Positions 43,116-54,700 of a stretch of 64,000 bases of DNA are shown one piece after another. Position 1 is the stretch's first letter. The number at the start of each line of letters is the position of its first letter. The translations under genes and the position numbers were made by a program. Source of the DNA: an uncultured delta proteobacterium. GTDB taxonomy: Bacteria > Myxococcota_A > UBA9160 > UBA4427. The notes below the pieces were generated by a model. The model did not search any database, was not told where the DNA came from, and saw only the letters and a program-made list of their open reading frames with translations. The stretch covers positions 128,001 through 192,000 of the forward strand of contig CAWGJT010000006.1 of assembly GCA_963822965.1 (NCBI GenBank), in the 5' to 3' direction.

Positions 43116-44042
43116 ATGACCTCGCACGAATCGCGTTGGGCGCGGATCAAGCCGCGCGCGACCAGCATCGACGGCGATCGGGTCGCCTACCGAGCCGCCG
43201 GCAAGGGGCCGGTGCTGCTGCTCGTGCACGGCATGGCCGGTAGCTCCGAGACGTGGAGGTACGTCATGCCCGCGCTGGCCGAGCGGTTCACGGTCCTGGC
43301 CCCCGATCTGCTCGGTCAGGGGCTGTCCGACAAACCCCGCGGCGACTACTCGCTCGGCGCCCATGCCAACACGCTGCGCGACCTCATGGACGCGCTCGAG
43401 CACGAGCGGGCCAGCGTCATCGGCCAGTCGCTCGGGGGCGGGGTAGCCATGCAGTTTGCCTATCAGTTTCCGGAGCGCTGCGAGCGCCTGGCCCTGGTGG
43501 ACAGCGGGGGGCTGGGCCGGGAGGTCACGTTCTACCTCCGAATGCTGACCGTCCCCGGATTCGAGTCGGCGTTTCCGCTCTTCTGCTCGCCGCGGCTGCG
43601 AGACGCCGGGAGCCGTGTCGCCTCATGGCTCGGCGGCGTGGGCGTGCGGTCCACGCCCGCCCGCCAGGAGATCTGGCGGAGCTACGCGTCGCTGGCGGAC
43701 GCGGAGAACCGCCGCGCATTCTTTCGCAGCCTGCACGAGGTGATCGACTTCAGTGGGCAGGCGGTGAGCGCCCTGAGCCGGCTGTGGCGGGCGGCGCAGC
43801 TGCCGACCTTGATCGTGTGGGGGGACCGAGACCCGTTCATTCCGGTGAGCCACGCCGTCGCGGCGCACGAGGCCATCCCCGGAAGCCGGCTCGAAATCTT
43901 CGAGGGGGTGGGTCATTACCCGCACTGTGAGGCCCCCGAGCGCTTCGTCGAGGTGCTCGTCGACTTCATCGCCTCTACGGAGCCCGCCCGACTGCCCCCG
44001 CATTCGCCCCCACCTCTGGACGCAGCAGCCGCGCCGGATTAG
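43116..44042 (+). CDS. Alpha/beta fold hydrolase
   Basis: LLVHGMAGSS.TW, DLLGQGLSDKPRGDYSLGA, GQSLGGG, VGHYPHCEAP. Confidence 0.92.
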   Translation: MTSHESRWARIKPRATSIDGDRVAYRAAGKGPVLLLVHGMAGSSETWRYVMPALAERFTVLAPDLLGQGLSDKPRGDYSLGAHANTLRDLMDALEHERASVIGQSLGGGVAMQFAYQFPERCERLALVDSGGLGREVTFYLRMLTVPGFESAFPLFCSPRLRDAGSRVASWLGGVGVRSTPARQEIWRSYASLADAENRRAFFRSLHEVIDFSGQAVSALSRLWRAAQLPTLIVWGDRDPFIPVSHAVAAHEAIPGSRLEIFEGVGHYPHCEAPERFVEVLVDFIASTEPARLPPHSPPPLDAAAAPD

Positions 44043-44216
44043 ACGACCCTCCCATTGGAAGTGATGAGATCCACAATCTTCTTGGGGCCAGCGCGGATCG
44101 GGCGTTCAAGCTGCGCGTTGGCTCGAAGCCCGAGTACGGACCCTTCCCGCTCATGCGAGGGATCGGCCATGACCGCTCGGCCGCAAGCAACGGGTGGCGC
44201 GAGCGCCAGCTTCGGA

Positions 44217-44261
44217 TCGCGCGCGGCTTCATCCGCGCCCGTCGCGATTCGTCCGAGGTCA
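44217..44261 (-). repeat. Inverted copy (41/45 identical) of the first ~45 nt of the hydrolase gene at 43117-43161
   Basis: Reverse complement of 43117-43161 tcgcgcgcggcttgatccgcgcccaacgcgattcgtgcgaggtca vs 44217-44261 tcgcgcgcggcttcatccgcgcccgtcgcgattcgtccgaggtca. Confidence 0.85.
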
Positions 44262-44465
44262 CCACGTCACGCTCCGGGTTTGGGCGTCTTCGAAAGCCCC
44301 TACGCGGACCGTCGGCGGGGCCGGCGCGGCGGGTTCCCTTGCCGACTATGCGGAGGTCGTGGCCGTTCCTTCCTGGGCGTCCGGACCGCCGGGCGTGCTT
44401 ACGCTCCCCCGACGGCCGCGCAGCGTCTACCCTAGGGCTCAGGCTACCACGGAGCGCGGGTCACC

Positions 44466-45974
44466 TTGCAGCGATCGGCATACCACCATCGACCAGTTCC
44501 GCGGGCAGTGTTGATCGGTTCTCTGTGCAGCATGCTCACCTGGGCGGTCATGGCGCAGGTGCCAGAAGAAGGAGCCGGCGAACTCCAGAGATCACCCGTC
44601 CCCGGCAAGGCAGAACTCTCGGCAGCACCCGAGAAGGTGGAGGTCAAGCCGGTCGCGCGCGATGAGGAGATCCGCAAGCGTCTCCAGAGCGTCCTGGATG
44701 CCACCGACTGGTTCCTCGACCCACAGGTCCGGGTCGAGGAAGGCGTCGTCTTCCTGAACGGTCGCGTAGAATCCGATGAGCTCAAGAAATGGGCTGGCGA
44801 TTTGGCGCGCAACACACAGGCCGTCGTCGCCGTGGCCAATCGGATGGAGGTTGCGGAGCCGTCGGCATGGGATCTGCGTCCGGCGTGGATTGCACTCTCG
44901 GTCCTATGGCGCGAGCTCATCCGCGCGCTTCCCTTCTTCGCCTTCGGGCTGCTCATCCTGGCTCTATCGGTTTCAGCCGGCATGCTGGCCACGCGAGGCG
45001 CGCTGGCGTTTCTTCACCGACGGATTCGAGCGAAGCTCCTGCGAAGTGTGATCGCCCGTAGCGCGGGGGGGCTCGTCTTCCTCTCCGGCGTCTACATCAT
45101 TCTGAGAGTCTCGGGCCTCACGCAACTTGCGTTGACGATGGTCGGCGGCACCGGCCTGATCGGCCTTGTCGTGGGCATCGCATTCCGGGACATCACCGAG
45201 AACTTCCTGGCAAGCGTATTCCTCAGCATGCAGCGGCCGTTCGAGACGGGCGACCTGCTCGAGGTATCGGGCGTGACGGGGTACGTGCAGCAATTGAACA
45301 TGCGCACGACGATCTTGATGACCCTCGATGGCAACCTCGTGCAGATCCCAAACGCCAACGTCTACAAGAGCAACCTCCGAAACTTCACAGCCAACGCCAA
45401 CCGGAGAGAGGACTTCGTCGTCGGCATCGGCTACGACGACTCGATCAACGATGCCCAAGAGATCGCGCGGCGAGTGCTAGCGGATCATCCCGCGGTCCTG
45501 AACGACCCCGAGCCGTCGGTGTTGGTGGATAGTCTGGGAAGCTCGACCGTAAACCTGCGCCTCTACTTCTGGCTCGACGGCCACGAGTACAGCTGGTTGA
45601 AGGTGCGATCTTCGATGATCCGACTGGTGAAGCTTGCCTTCCAGGAACATGGCATCTCGATGCCCGACGACGCTCGAGAGATCGTCTTCCCGCGCGGCGT
45701 TCCCGTCACCAGGCGCGACGAGAAAGTGAGAGGGGCGCCCGCTGCCGAGCCGGGGAAACCGCTCGCTGCCGAATTGCCGCACGAAGGGCTCGCCGCGGTG
45801 TCCACGAAAGCGGAGGCCGGTTTGTACAGCGAAGCCGGCGTCATCGAGCAACAGGCACGGAAGGTACAACCGTTGAAGGACGCGGAGAATCTCTTGGAGG
45901 GTGCCGTCGGCACTGCTTCTGATGGAGAAGAGGCGCAACGATCCAAGGAAGAACGGGGTCGCAACGGAAAGTGA
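44466..45974 (+). CDS. MscS-family mechanosensitive channel with N-terminal periplasmic BON domain
   Basis: DEEIRKRL..VRVEEGVVFLNG..VVAVANRM (BON). GIAFRDITENFLA..RPFETGD..G.VQQLNMRTT..QIPN (MscS). Start uncertain (44466 or 44532). Confidence 0.9.
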   Translation: MQRSAYHHRPVPRAVLIGSLCSMLTWAVMAQVPEEGAGELQRSPVPGKAELSAAPEKVEVKPVARDEEIRKRLQSVLDATDWFLDPQVRVEEGVVFLNGRVESDELKKWAGDLARNTQAVVAVANRMEVAEPSAWDLRPAWIALSVLWRELIRALPFFAFGLLILALSVSAGMLATRGALAFLHRRIRAKLLRSVIARSAGGLVFLSGVYIILRVSGLTQLALTMVGGTGLIGLVVGIAFRDITENFLASVFLSMQRPFETGDLLEVSGVTGYVQQLNMRTTILMTLDGNLVQIPNANVYKSNLRNFTANANRREDFVVGIGYDDSINDAQEIARRVLADHPAVLNDPEPSVLVDSLGSSTVNLRLYFWLDGHEYSWLKVRSSMIRLVKLAFQEHGISMPDDAREIVFPRGVPVTRRDEKVRGAPAAEPGKPLAAELPHEGLAAVSTKAEAGLYSEAGVIEQQARKVQPLKDAENLLEGAVGTASDGEEAQRSKEERGRNGK

Positions 45975-46047
45975 AGGCGAACAGTCGCCCGTGGCAACGC
46001 TATCGTCGACCCCGTTGTCGCGGTCCTCGCGCTGTGCATGCCGCGGC

Positions 46048-47259
46048 TCAACGGTGGCGCGTCTTCTTCCGGCTCGTCGCCTTCTTCGCCTGGGCGCGGC
46101 CTGCCGCCCGCCGGCGCTTCGGCTGGCTCGCCGCGTCGGGCACCAGGAACTGCGCCACGTCGGCCCAGAGCGCCTCGAACCGCCGGCGGTCGAAGTCGCT
46201 CCCGGATACGAGCCAGTCGACGTGGGGAGGATCGTGCTCCGCGTCCCGAAAGTGGCCGAGGACGTCGAGGTGGTCGGCCACGGCGGCGTGGACGACGTGC
46301 CCCCAGGCCTGGGAGAGCGTCGGTACGATGCCGTCATTGGCGGCCGGGGACGGCATCGCCCCGTAGGCGCGCCGCAGGACGCGTGCCTGGGCGGGGGCGA
46401 GCTGCGGCGAGACGCGCACCGGCGCCGCCTCGATCAGCCGGTAGAGCCCGCTGTAGAGGGCGTGCGTCACCTGCGCCGCCGGATCGATCCCCGCGTGAAG
46501 CGTCGCGCCAAGGCTCGGGGGTGCCGCCTGCCCGACCACCGCGCCGTAGCGGAGGCCGGGACGCTGCAGCACCGAGGCATTGAAGACCTCCATCGCCTCG
46601 GGCGTCAGCTGGAGCATCAGCGCCTGGTCGCGGACCACGTCGCGCAACAGCTTCCGCACGGCCCGGCGGCGAGCCGGCGTGAAGTCCTCGAGGAGCTTTG
46701 CGAAGAGCTCGTCGAGGAGCTCACTGCCCGCGACCAGACCTCCGAATCGCACGAAGAAGCTCCCCATCCACAGCAGTGCGGCGAGCGGCAGGTGGCCGAA
46801 GTGGAGCACATAGATGGTGCTGAGCGAGAGAAGCTCCATCAGCCGCTGGCCTTGCACCGTCGTGAAGAACGATGCGATCGGCGTCCCGTGGTGAGGTGTC
46901 GAGACCGTGACGACCGTCCGCACGCGGGCCGCCAGCCGCTCCACGTCGAGCGCCGAGGGCAGCGCCACCCCCGGAGCGGCGAGCAGACGCACGTCGAGGC
47001 CGCCGCTCGAGTGGCCGATCAGATGCAGCGGAGCGGCGCCGCGCGAGGCCGTCGCGTGCATCACCTCGAGCACCCGTGCGGCACGATCCGGCAGCGACGC
47101 CGTGGGAGACGTCCTCACGATGTGGACGCGGGGCTCGAGCCCCGCCGCGGTGAGACGCTCCGTGAGGAACCGCCTGACGTGCCCGAAGTACGTGAGCTTC
47201 CCGAGGTGTCCAAATCCAAGGAAGCCCGGGACCAGGTAGATGTGGTGAGTGGGGCCCAT
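46048..47259 (-). CDS. Lipase/esterase (triacylglycerol lipase-like)
   Basis: YLVPGFLGF, HLIGHSSGGLD, STPHHGTP, NDGIVPTLSQ, ADHLDVLGHF. Confidence 0.88.
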   Translation of the reverse strand: MGPTHHIYLVPGFLGFGHLGKLTYFGHVRRFLTERLTAAGLEPRVHIVRTSPTASLPDRAARVLEVMHATASRGAAPLHLIGHSSGGLDVRLLAAPGVALPSALDVERLAARVRTVVTVSTPHHGTPIASFFTTVQGQRLMELLSLSTIYVLHFGHLPLAALLWMGSFFVRFGGLVAGSELLDELFAKLLEDFTPARRRAVRKLLRDVVRDQALMLQLTPEAMEVFNASVLQRPGLRYGAVVGQAAPPSLGATLHAGIDPAAQVTHALYSGLYRLIEAAPVRVSPQLAPAQARVLRRAYGAMPSPAANDGIVPTLSQAWGHVVHAAVADHLDVLGHFRDAEHDPPHVDWLVSGSDFDRRRFEALWADVAQFLVPDAASQPKRRRAAGRAQAKKATSRKKTRHR

Positions 47260-47594
47260 CGATAGACAGGGTACCGCGTATTCATCGCCGCACCGCTAGC
47301 CTCCAGGGCAAGGCGGTGGTACGGCGGTTTCCTCGCGCGAGTCGTCGCGAGCTGTCGCGAAGCCGAAGGTCGCGATAGCGCCTCCTGCTCTCGGAGGCTC
47401 CAGAGGCGCCGGTGCGTGCGGAGAAGCGAGTGAAGAGCACTCGTTGATCCTCTACGGCACGCCTGCTCGGTTCGCGATCACATCGCCAACTGTCCCAGCA
47501 ACTTCGCGCGCGACGATGGCGAGGCTACGATTGCTGCATTCTGAACCATTCAGATCCATCCGCGTAACGCCAGCAGCGTAGGAGCCCCTCATCG

Positions 47595-48617
47595 ATGGAA
47601 GCATGGACCTGGGCGGGAATCTCCCTCTGCCTGTTGCATTCTGCCATGTTCTCGGGGTTGAACCTGGCGCTGATGGGTCTGGGGCGGCTTCGGCTAGAAG
47701 CCGAGGCCCTTGGTGGAAGCCCCGCAGCGGCGAAGGTCCTGGCGCTGCGCCAGGACGCGAACTTCCTCCTCACGACCCTTCTCTGGGGCAACGTCGGCGT
47801 GAACGTGCTCCTCACCCTGCTCTCGGATTCAGCCATGGCGGGCGTGGCGGCCTTCTTCTTCTCGACCTTCGGGATCACCATCGTGGGAGAGATCGCTCCG
47901 CAGGCCTACTTCTCGCGGAATGCCCTGCGGACCGGCGCATTCTTCGCCCCGGTCGTCCGCTTCTACCAGCTGCTCCTCTACCCGATCGCGAAGCCCGCCG
48001 CCCTGGTCCTGGATCGCTGGCTGGGCCCCGAGGCGATCTTGTACTTCCGCGAGCGCGATCTGCGCGAGCTGATCGAGCTCCATGCAGTGGCGGCCGATTC
48101 TGATGTCGGGCGCCTGGAGGCTCAAGGGGCGCTGAACTTCCTGGACCTCGACGACCTCCCCATCGCACAAGAAGGAGAACCGATCCATCCGAAGAGCATC
48201 GTTCCCTCGGAGAGGGCGAACACGCTGCCACGTTTCGAGGCGACCCCCAACGATGGTTTCCTCCGCGATCTCCAGGCCTCCGGGGAGAAGTGGATCGTCC
48301 TCGTCGATCGCAGCGGCGAGCCCGGTCTCGTGATCGACGCCGATGGTTTCCTGCGAGGCGCGCTCCTGGAGGGAGCCGCCTTCAGTCCGGCGCGCCACTG
48401 CCACCGACCGCTCGTCGTACGCGATCCCGCGACGCGCCTGGGTCAGCTTTTGCACCGGTTCCGCGTCGAGCCGTGCACCTCCGAGGATGACGTCATCGAC
48501 CGGGACGTGATCCTCCTCTGGGCACCCTCCGAGAAGCGGGTGCTGACCGGGGCGGACATCCTCGGGCGGCTGCTCCGGGGAATCGCCACGCGGGGGCCGG
48601 TCACCGCCCCGCAATAG
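47595..48617 (+). CDS. DUF21/CNNM transmembrane domain protein (CorC/CNNM-related)
   Basis: HSAMFSGLNLA..NFLLTTLLWGNV.VNV..GEIAPQAYFSRNAL, followed by degenerate CBS-like region. Confidence 0.88.
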   Translation: MEAWTWAGISLCLLHSAMFSGLNLALMGLGRLRLEAEALGGSPAAAKVLALRQDANFLLTTLLWGNVGVNVLLTLLSDSAMAGVAAFFFSTFGITIVGEIAPQAYFSRNALRTGAFFAPVVRFYQLLLYPIAKPAALVLDRWLGPEAILYFRERDLRELIELHAVAADSDVGRLEAQGALNFLDLDDLPIAQEGEPIHPKSIVPSERANTLPRFEATPNDGFLRDLQASGEKWIVLVDRSGEPGLVIDADGFLRGALLEGAAFSPARHCHRPLVVRDPATRLGQLLHRFRVEPCTSEDDVIDRDVILLWAPSEKRVLTGADILGRLLRGIATRGPVTAPQ

Positions 48618-48710
48618 CGCGGGGGAGCAGTCGCCAGCCGTTTCCGGGCTGCCCGCCGCTCTGGAGGCCGACCCGGGCTCAGCCGCTCCGCCCTTGCGCT
48701 CTCGTGCTCT

Positions 48711-51700
48711 TCATCGCTTGACCGCCCCAGAAGAGCCGTCCACGGGCGACCGCAGGCGAACCGTGACCCGACGCGTCGCCCCGTTCGAGGGAAGCTCCAC
48801 TCGGTTGCCCTCGATCCGAGAGCCTTCGATGAGAATCTCGACGGCGTCCCCACCCGAGCTCGGCGTGTTGTCGACCACAATCTCGAGAACGCCGCCTTCG
48901 GTGCGAAGCGTCGCCTCGAATCCGGACCAGTGCCGCGGAATGCGAGGCTCGATCCGGAGAGCCTCTCCCTCCCGGTGAAGTCCCAGAATCGCCTCCACCC
49001 CGAGTCGCCAGCACCACGCAGCCGAGCCCGTGTACCAGCTCCATCCGCCGCGACCCACGTGCGGCTCGACGCTCCCGATGTCCGCCGTCAGGGCGTAGGG
49101 CTCGATCCGATAACGCGCGATCGCTTCTGCACTCTGCGCGCGCTCGATCGGGTTGAGCATGCGGAACACCCGGGTCGCGCGGTCGCCGTCTCCCGTCTCG
49201 GCAAATGCCCACGCCAGCCAGGCCGCAGCATGGCTGTACTGGCCTCCGTTCTCACGGATGCCGGGGGGATAGGCCTTGATGTAGCCGGGATCGCGCGCCG
49301 TGAGGTCGAAGGGAGGCCACAGCAGGCACGCGAGCTCGTCGTCCTCGCGAATCAACGCCGCCTCGGCCGAACGGAGGGCCCGCTCCGCTCGCTCGCGGGG
49401 TGCACCGCCCGAGAGCACGGCCCACGACTGGGCGATCGAGTCGATCCGACACTCATCGGATGACGCGGACCCCCAAGGTGTCCCCTCGTCGTCGAATGCG
49501 CGGCGGTACCACTCCCCGTCCCACCCTTCGGCGCGCGCCGCGCGGAAGAGCTCCTCCGCGCGCTCGCGCCACGCCTTTGCGGCGTCGATCTCGCCGCGAC
49601 GCTCGCACAGATCTCCAAACCCATTCGCCGCGGTCCCGGCGAACCACGCCAGCCAGACGCTCTCTCCGCGGCCCTCCGACCCCACGCGGTTCATGCCGTC
49701 GTTCCAATCGCCGTCCCCGATGAGAGGCAGGCCATGGGAGCCGCGCGTGAGGCCGCGCTCGAGCGCACGGCGGCAATGCTCGAACAGGGAAGCGCGCACG
49801 TTCCCATGCTCGAAGAGGTCGTAGCGATCGTGCTCATCCGCGCCCAGCGGCGGCGCGGAGAGAAAGGGGACGTCCTCGTCGAGCACGCCCAGGTCTTCCG
49901 TCGCCTCGACGTAGCGCGCCGTCACGTAGGGGAGCCAGAGGAGATCGTCCGAGCAGCGCGTCCGGATACCGCGACCGAGCGGTGGATGCCACCAGTGGAG
50001 CACGTCGCCTTCTTCGAACTGGCGGCTCGCACACTCGAGGATGTGCGCTCTCGTCCGGGCCGGGTCGCAGTGCAAGAGGGCGAGGACGTCCTGGAGCTGG
50101 TCGCGGAATCCGAAGGCGCCGCTCGACTGGTAGAAGCCGGTGCGCGCGAGGATCCGAGAAGAGAGCGCCTGATAGAGGGCCCAGCGGTTGATCAGCAGGT
50201 CCATCGCGAGCTCGGGGGTCTTGATGGTGACGGCCGACAGCAGCGAGTCCCAGTGGGCCGCGAGCTTCTGCGAGGCTTCGGCGACGGTGGGCGGCTCTCG
50301 CCATCGCTGCGCGAGCTGGGCGGCGTGGTCGCTGTCGCGCCCCGCCCCGAGAACGAAGTGGGTGCGGACCTCCTCACCCGGTGCGATGTCCAGGTGGACC
50401 TGGAGGACCGCGCAGGGATCCAGGCCGGCGCCGACGCGACCGCTCAGACCGACGCGACCAAGCGCCGCAGGGGCCCGGGGGTCGCCTTCGCGCCCGAGAA
50501 ACTCGGAGCGGTCCGCCGTCAGACCGTGGGGTTCCCGGTCGGCGGTCAGAAAGGCGACCGGGTCGGCGAAGTCGGAGTTCCAGCGGTTCCGTGCGCACAG
50601 GGATCGTGTCGGAGCGTCGTAGCTCACGACGATGCGAGAGACGCCCTCTTCGGGGACGCGACCCAGCAGCCAGCGTGCGTAGTAGGTGGCCGTGATCCTC
50701 CGGGGTCGGTCCGTGTGGTTGTGCACGCGCAGCTCGACGATCTTGACGGGATCGTCTGTCGGGACAAAGACTCGGACACGACACGAGAGGCCCCTGCCAT
50801 GCTGCCTCCATTCGGAGTAACCCGCGCCGTGGCGTACCTGACAGGGAAGCTGCGAGCCCGCGGGCCCGGGCGTCGGGCTCCAGACAAGGGCGGTCTCCTC
50901 GTCCCGCAGGTAGAGCGACTCTCCGGCGGGATCGAGCACGGGATCGTTCGTCCAGGGGGTCAGCCGGAACTCTCCGCTGTTGCCGGACCAGGTGTAGCCC
51001 CCGCCGGCCTCGGTCACGAGGCAGCCGAAATCGTCGTTGGCCAGCACATTGCACCACGGAGCGGGGGTCGTCTGGCCGGGGCCGAGGTGAATCACGTACT
51101 CGCGACCGTCCGGAGAGAAGCCCCCGAGGCCGTTGTCGAAGAGAAGGTCGGTGGGACGCTCCAGGGCGGGAGTGGGATCGAGCTCCGCAGCGGCCCGGGT
51201 CGGATCCAAGTGAGGCAGCGGGCGAGACGCGAGCGCGCGGGCGGCGAGCTGCTCGCGCAGCGGCCCTTTCTCCGTGTCGAGGACAGCGCCAGCCGACACT
51301 TCGAGGAGTAGTCGCTGCTCCTCGGAGATCTGATCAGCGCGGACCAGGTGGATCCCTGCCGGTCGGCCCAGCCACTCGGCGGCACCCTGCTCTTCGAGGA
51401 GGCGGTGCACATCTTCCCACGCGTCGTCGAGGTAGCCCGTCGCAGTGCGTGACAGCAGCACCAGATCGACCGCCATCCCCCCCTTTCTCCAGAGCTGGTG
51501 CGCGCGGACCAGGTCGGCGAGGACCGTCCCCCCTGGCCACCGCTCGTCGTCTCGACCAGCAGCAGGGGCTGGTCTCCCGAGATGCCGAGCCCCCAGAGGC
51601 TCCGCTGTCCCAGCGAGTTGGCAGACATCTGCTCCGATGTCGCCCGAAGCTCGGCGCGCGGGGCCAGTAGCGAGGAGAGCAGTGCCTGCAGCTCGGGCAG

Positions 51701-54700
51701 CCGCGCGGCCGAAAGACCCAGGCGTGCCGCCTCGCGCCCGGCTTCGGCGTGCGCATCCGACAGGAGCCATTCGAAAGAGGTGAGCGTCTCGTACCGCGCC
51801 GCCGTCTCGTCGACGGACTGACGCGACTGCCCCGCGATCGTCACGAATGCGAGCTGCTCAATGGCGTGCGGCGCCAGACTCACCTCCGCACAGACCGACA
51901 TGATCGGAGTCGAGCGTGGCCCCCTGGCTGCCAGAAGGACCTTCCTCGAGGCCCCGGGGCCGGCGCATGCTCCCGTTGCGACCCAGGAAGCGCTCCCGAT
52001 CGGTCTCGAACCCCGCGAATGCCACCGACGCCGAATCCGCGACCAGCCGATGCATGACGACTGGGAAATGCTCGCTGGGGTCTCGGGGGCGACGCGTGAA
52101 GACCAGCGCATCGAGCGACGGGACGTGCCTTCCCTCCACGAACAGCTTGCTGAAGGCCGGATGCTGGGCGTCGTCCCGGGGCCGCGCGAGCACGACCTCG
52201 CCGTAGCTCGTGAACGAGAGCGATCGCGGTCGATCCGTCTCGTTCACCACCGTGATCCGTCGAACCTCGATGTCGTCGGCGGCGCTGATCGCAATGTCCG
52301 TCCGGATGGCGATCCCGTGCTGGCGTCGGTGCAGCTCCACCATGTGGGCGTGGAACACGACGTCGACTTCCGCTCCGTCGCCGCCCGTCGGCTGGCGCGC
52401 GACCGACCAGGTGGCTCCCGTCTCCCGATCCCGCACGTAGATCCAGAGGCCGGCGTCGTCGAGGGTTCCATCGGGCAGACAGCGAGTGAGTGCGTGCTCG
52501 CGCCAGCGAAGCGCCCCCCCGCCGGCCTCGGTCACCCGGGAAGCGAGTCGGCCATTCCCCAACAGGTGGACGCTCGGTCGGGCACCCGTCGGATCCGGTC
52601 GCCACGGAAACAGCGCGACCGGCTGCTCGCGTCGAGGTCGCTCGACCCGGGGCAGCGAGCTCCGCGGCTCCTCGATCGGGAACCGCCAGGGAACCCGCTC
52701 CTGGAGGAGGAGGCCCACCGCCTGCACGCGGGCGTTCGCCTCGAAGCGCCTCACCAGCGCGTCGCCGCACAGGAGGTTGTCGATGGCGGCGAGGATCATC
52801 CCCTGGTGGTGGGACATATGGGAGGCGACGATCGCATGGTCCCGCCCCTCCGGAAGTCGGCTGGGGGTGAAATCGATCGCCTCGTAGAAGCCGTAGCTTC
52901 CGAGCATTTCCAGGTCGCGAAGGCGCCTCAAGTTCTGGACCGCGGACGACGGAAATAGCGGGAGGGCGAGGGCGGTCGCGTAGGGAGCGATGACGCGATC
53001 CTCGTCGAGTCCGCGTTTGCGCCCGAGGCCCTGCACGCCGAACGCGCGGTAATGGTAGTTGTGGTTCGCATCGAAGGCCGCGAATCCCGATTCGGACACC
53101 CCCCACGGCAGACCGCGGCGTTGGCCGACCGCCTTCTGTTCCACGACGGCTGCCCGCTGGCTCTCGGCCAACAACGTACCCGGATAGCTCTGGACCAGGA
53201 GCGGGGGCATCAGGTACTCGAACATCGTGCCGCCCCAGGAGAGCAGCGCGACCGTACCCTCCGTCCGGGTCAGCGGGCGATCGAGCGAGAACCAGTGCGC
53301 GACAGGCACGTCTCCCTTCGCGATCGCAACGAGACTCGCCAGCCGCGCTTCCGAGGCGAGCAGGTCGTAGTGGTGCGAGTCCATCTGGTCGGCAGCCACG
53401 TTGTACCCGATGAAGAGGTGTCGCACCTTGGGGTCGTAGAGGAGGCCGAAGTCCATTCCGAAGGCCTCGCGTTCCGCCTGGGTCGCCAGATGCGCGAGAT
53501 CTCCCTCGAGCTGCTTCGCATTGCCGACCCCCGCCGTGACGGCCTTCTCGAGGTCGTCGAGCCACCTACCGATCCCCGGCTCCGCGTCGCCGTCTTCCCG
53601 CTCGCTGAAGAGCTGCTCGCGGGCCCTGGCGATCTCGGTCAAGACTTCTTCGCAGCGAAGCGCCAACATGCAAAGCGGAACCGACGGGGCGAGCAGATCG
53701 GCGAGCTCTGCGCGGGTGCGAATCAGTCCCGGCGCGCAAGGATGGCCTCTGGGCAGGCGGGGCGTCGCATCCAGCACCCCGAGCCAGGGAGCGAGGGATT
53801 CGATCTCGTGCTGCATGCCGCGAACGTGGTCGTGCACACGTGCCAGCCACAGCCGAACCTCGCGCAGCGCAGTCGGGTCGACCGACCCACGGCGATTCGC
53901 AACCGTGTCGAGCAGGATCCTCTCGAGCTCGGCGCACCGCGCCTCGAGCGACTGAATCGTGCGAACCCACGCGTCCGGCTTGTCTCGAACGTCGAGCGCA
54001 AGGTCGCGCATCGCCACGACGCGCTTCTCGATGTCAGCAAACTCCGAGGTGTCGCTCTCCCCGAGGAGCTCCGAGAGGTGGTCCTGCAGCAGAGCGATCG
54101 TGTCCGCAAGGCCCCGCCAGCGTTCGGAGCGCAGGCAAGGCTTGCCCGCCATGTCCACGCAGCCCGCTTCGATCGCAATCAACGCCGCCGCCAGATTCCC
54201 GCTGTCGACGGTCGAGACGTAGCGGGGCGGAAGCGGTTCGAGCGTGCGCGTGTGATACCAGTTGAACAGATGGCCGCGATAGTGCTCGAGGCGCGTGACC
54301 GTCCGCAGCGTGTTGCGCAGACGTACGGCGAGCTGCTCGAGGCCGAGGTACCCGAGATCGCTTGCCGCGAGCGTCGAAAGCAGGAGCATGCCGATGTTGG
54401 TGGGCGAGGTCCGGTGAGCGACCTCGCCACCCGGATCCGCCTGGTAGTTGTCGGGCGGGAGCCAGTGGCCATCGGGGCCGACGAAGGACTCGAAGAAGAG
54501 CCAGGTGCGGCGCGCGATCCCGCGGAGGAAAGCCACGTCTTCGGCGCCGAGGTGCTCGCGCAACGCGGGAGTAGGCCGGCTGATTCGCCGAGCGATCTCG
54601 GGCGACACGGCCCACAGAGCCAGGAGGGGAGCTGCGAACGGCAACGCACCGGGGCGCCAAAACAGCAGCGCGGCTGCCGTGGCAAACGCTGCGAGAGGCG

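Noticed and set aside
44270..44460. Possible gene remnant upstream of mscS
   Set aside because: No convincing motif or sustained codon bias in any frame.
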